A stretch of DNA of 64,000 bases from Eledone cirrhosa (Eukaryota): contig OZ024741.1 in NCBI GenBank assembly GCA_964016885.1, forward strand, positions 304,544,001 through 304,608,000, written 5' to 3'. Positions 63,256-64,000 of the stretch are shown piece by piece. Under the pieces are notes generated by a model, which ran no database searches, was not told where the DNA came from, and was given only the letters and a program-made list of their open reading frames with translations. How positions within the stretch are numbered: position 1 is the stretch's first letter; each line of letters begins with the position of its first letter. Made by a program: the position numbers and the translations under genes.

Positions 63256-64000
63256 AGTATACAATGCCTAAGTGGTGAGTCTTGTTATTCTGGTGTTTCG
63301 TCTGTATACATATATATATATAGACCTACATCCACAAAGAAACACCTACACGTGTGAGATTATACATGCTGCCCCACACATAGACAATCAATAATGCTTT
63401 AGAGTCTGCCAACCCTTGTTATAGCATAGATGATGAAGTTAAACAGAAAGGAGCTGATGGCTGAACTCTGGGGGATCCTTATCTACACTCTAAATTCATC
63501 AGTGTCCTCTTTTCTAACTCTCACTTTGCTGCCTCCACTTGTGTACATGGCTTACAGTCATCACAAGCTCTTCAACTACACTCAATTTACTTAGTGACTA
63601 CCAGATAACTGACTGTGAAACAACTCTCAAACAAATTATTCAACAGCTAACTTCATGTATCCTGTATATGTATGCAAAGCCTACAAACAACACATCATTA
63701 CTATAAGCCTTTAGCATTTAAACTGGCCGTATCCAGCCAGAATTCCCTCACCTCTTTCTCTTCAAACCAGCTGTAACCATCTGTTCATATTTATGTTGAG
63801 GTATTATTCTCAAAATAAATAATATCAAAATCTCGTAGATTCGATATTATGTGGGATAATTATGTGAAAATGCAATAGTAAATATAGAGTAATGTAAAAG
63901 CTAAACCCTATTCTAAAGATGGGACTATGAAGATCTGAAAACATTAATAGACTTATGAATCTAGGAATGGTGTAGTTCCAAACCAACATAAAAAGAAGAA

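Overview
Eukaryotic, AT-rich, microsatellite-dense genomic DNA. The SINE/LINE repertoire looks like a coleoid cephalopod, probably an octopod (inference from repeat content). One clear host gene is present: a complete 12-exon BBS5 (Bardet-Biedl syndrome 5, BBSome subunit) on the + strand, CDS 6986-44231. I assembled it by hand (1020 nt, 339 aa, all introns GT-AG). It has an RFX X-box 17 bp before the ATG. Nearly everything else is repeat-derived: a near-full-length but frameshifted Tx1/L1-type LINE in intron 2, many RTE-type LINE 3' fragments, CRE-like fragments, two main tRNA-derived SINE families, hAT, piggyBac and Helitron-like non-autonomous elements, and minisatellites. The most unexpected signal is a set of unrelated minimal type I hammerhead ribozymes: three with intact folds (one with a compensatory U3:A8 core) plus degenerate ones. 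They lie in small tandem, inverted or TSD-flanked elements resembling Penelope pseudo-LTRs or retrozymes, and all three intact ones are antisense to BBS5. No CRISPR or prokaryotic system is supported.
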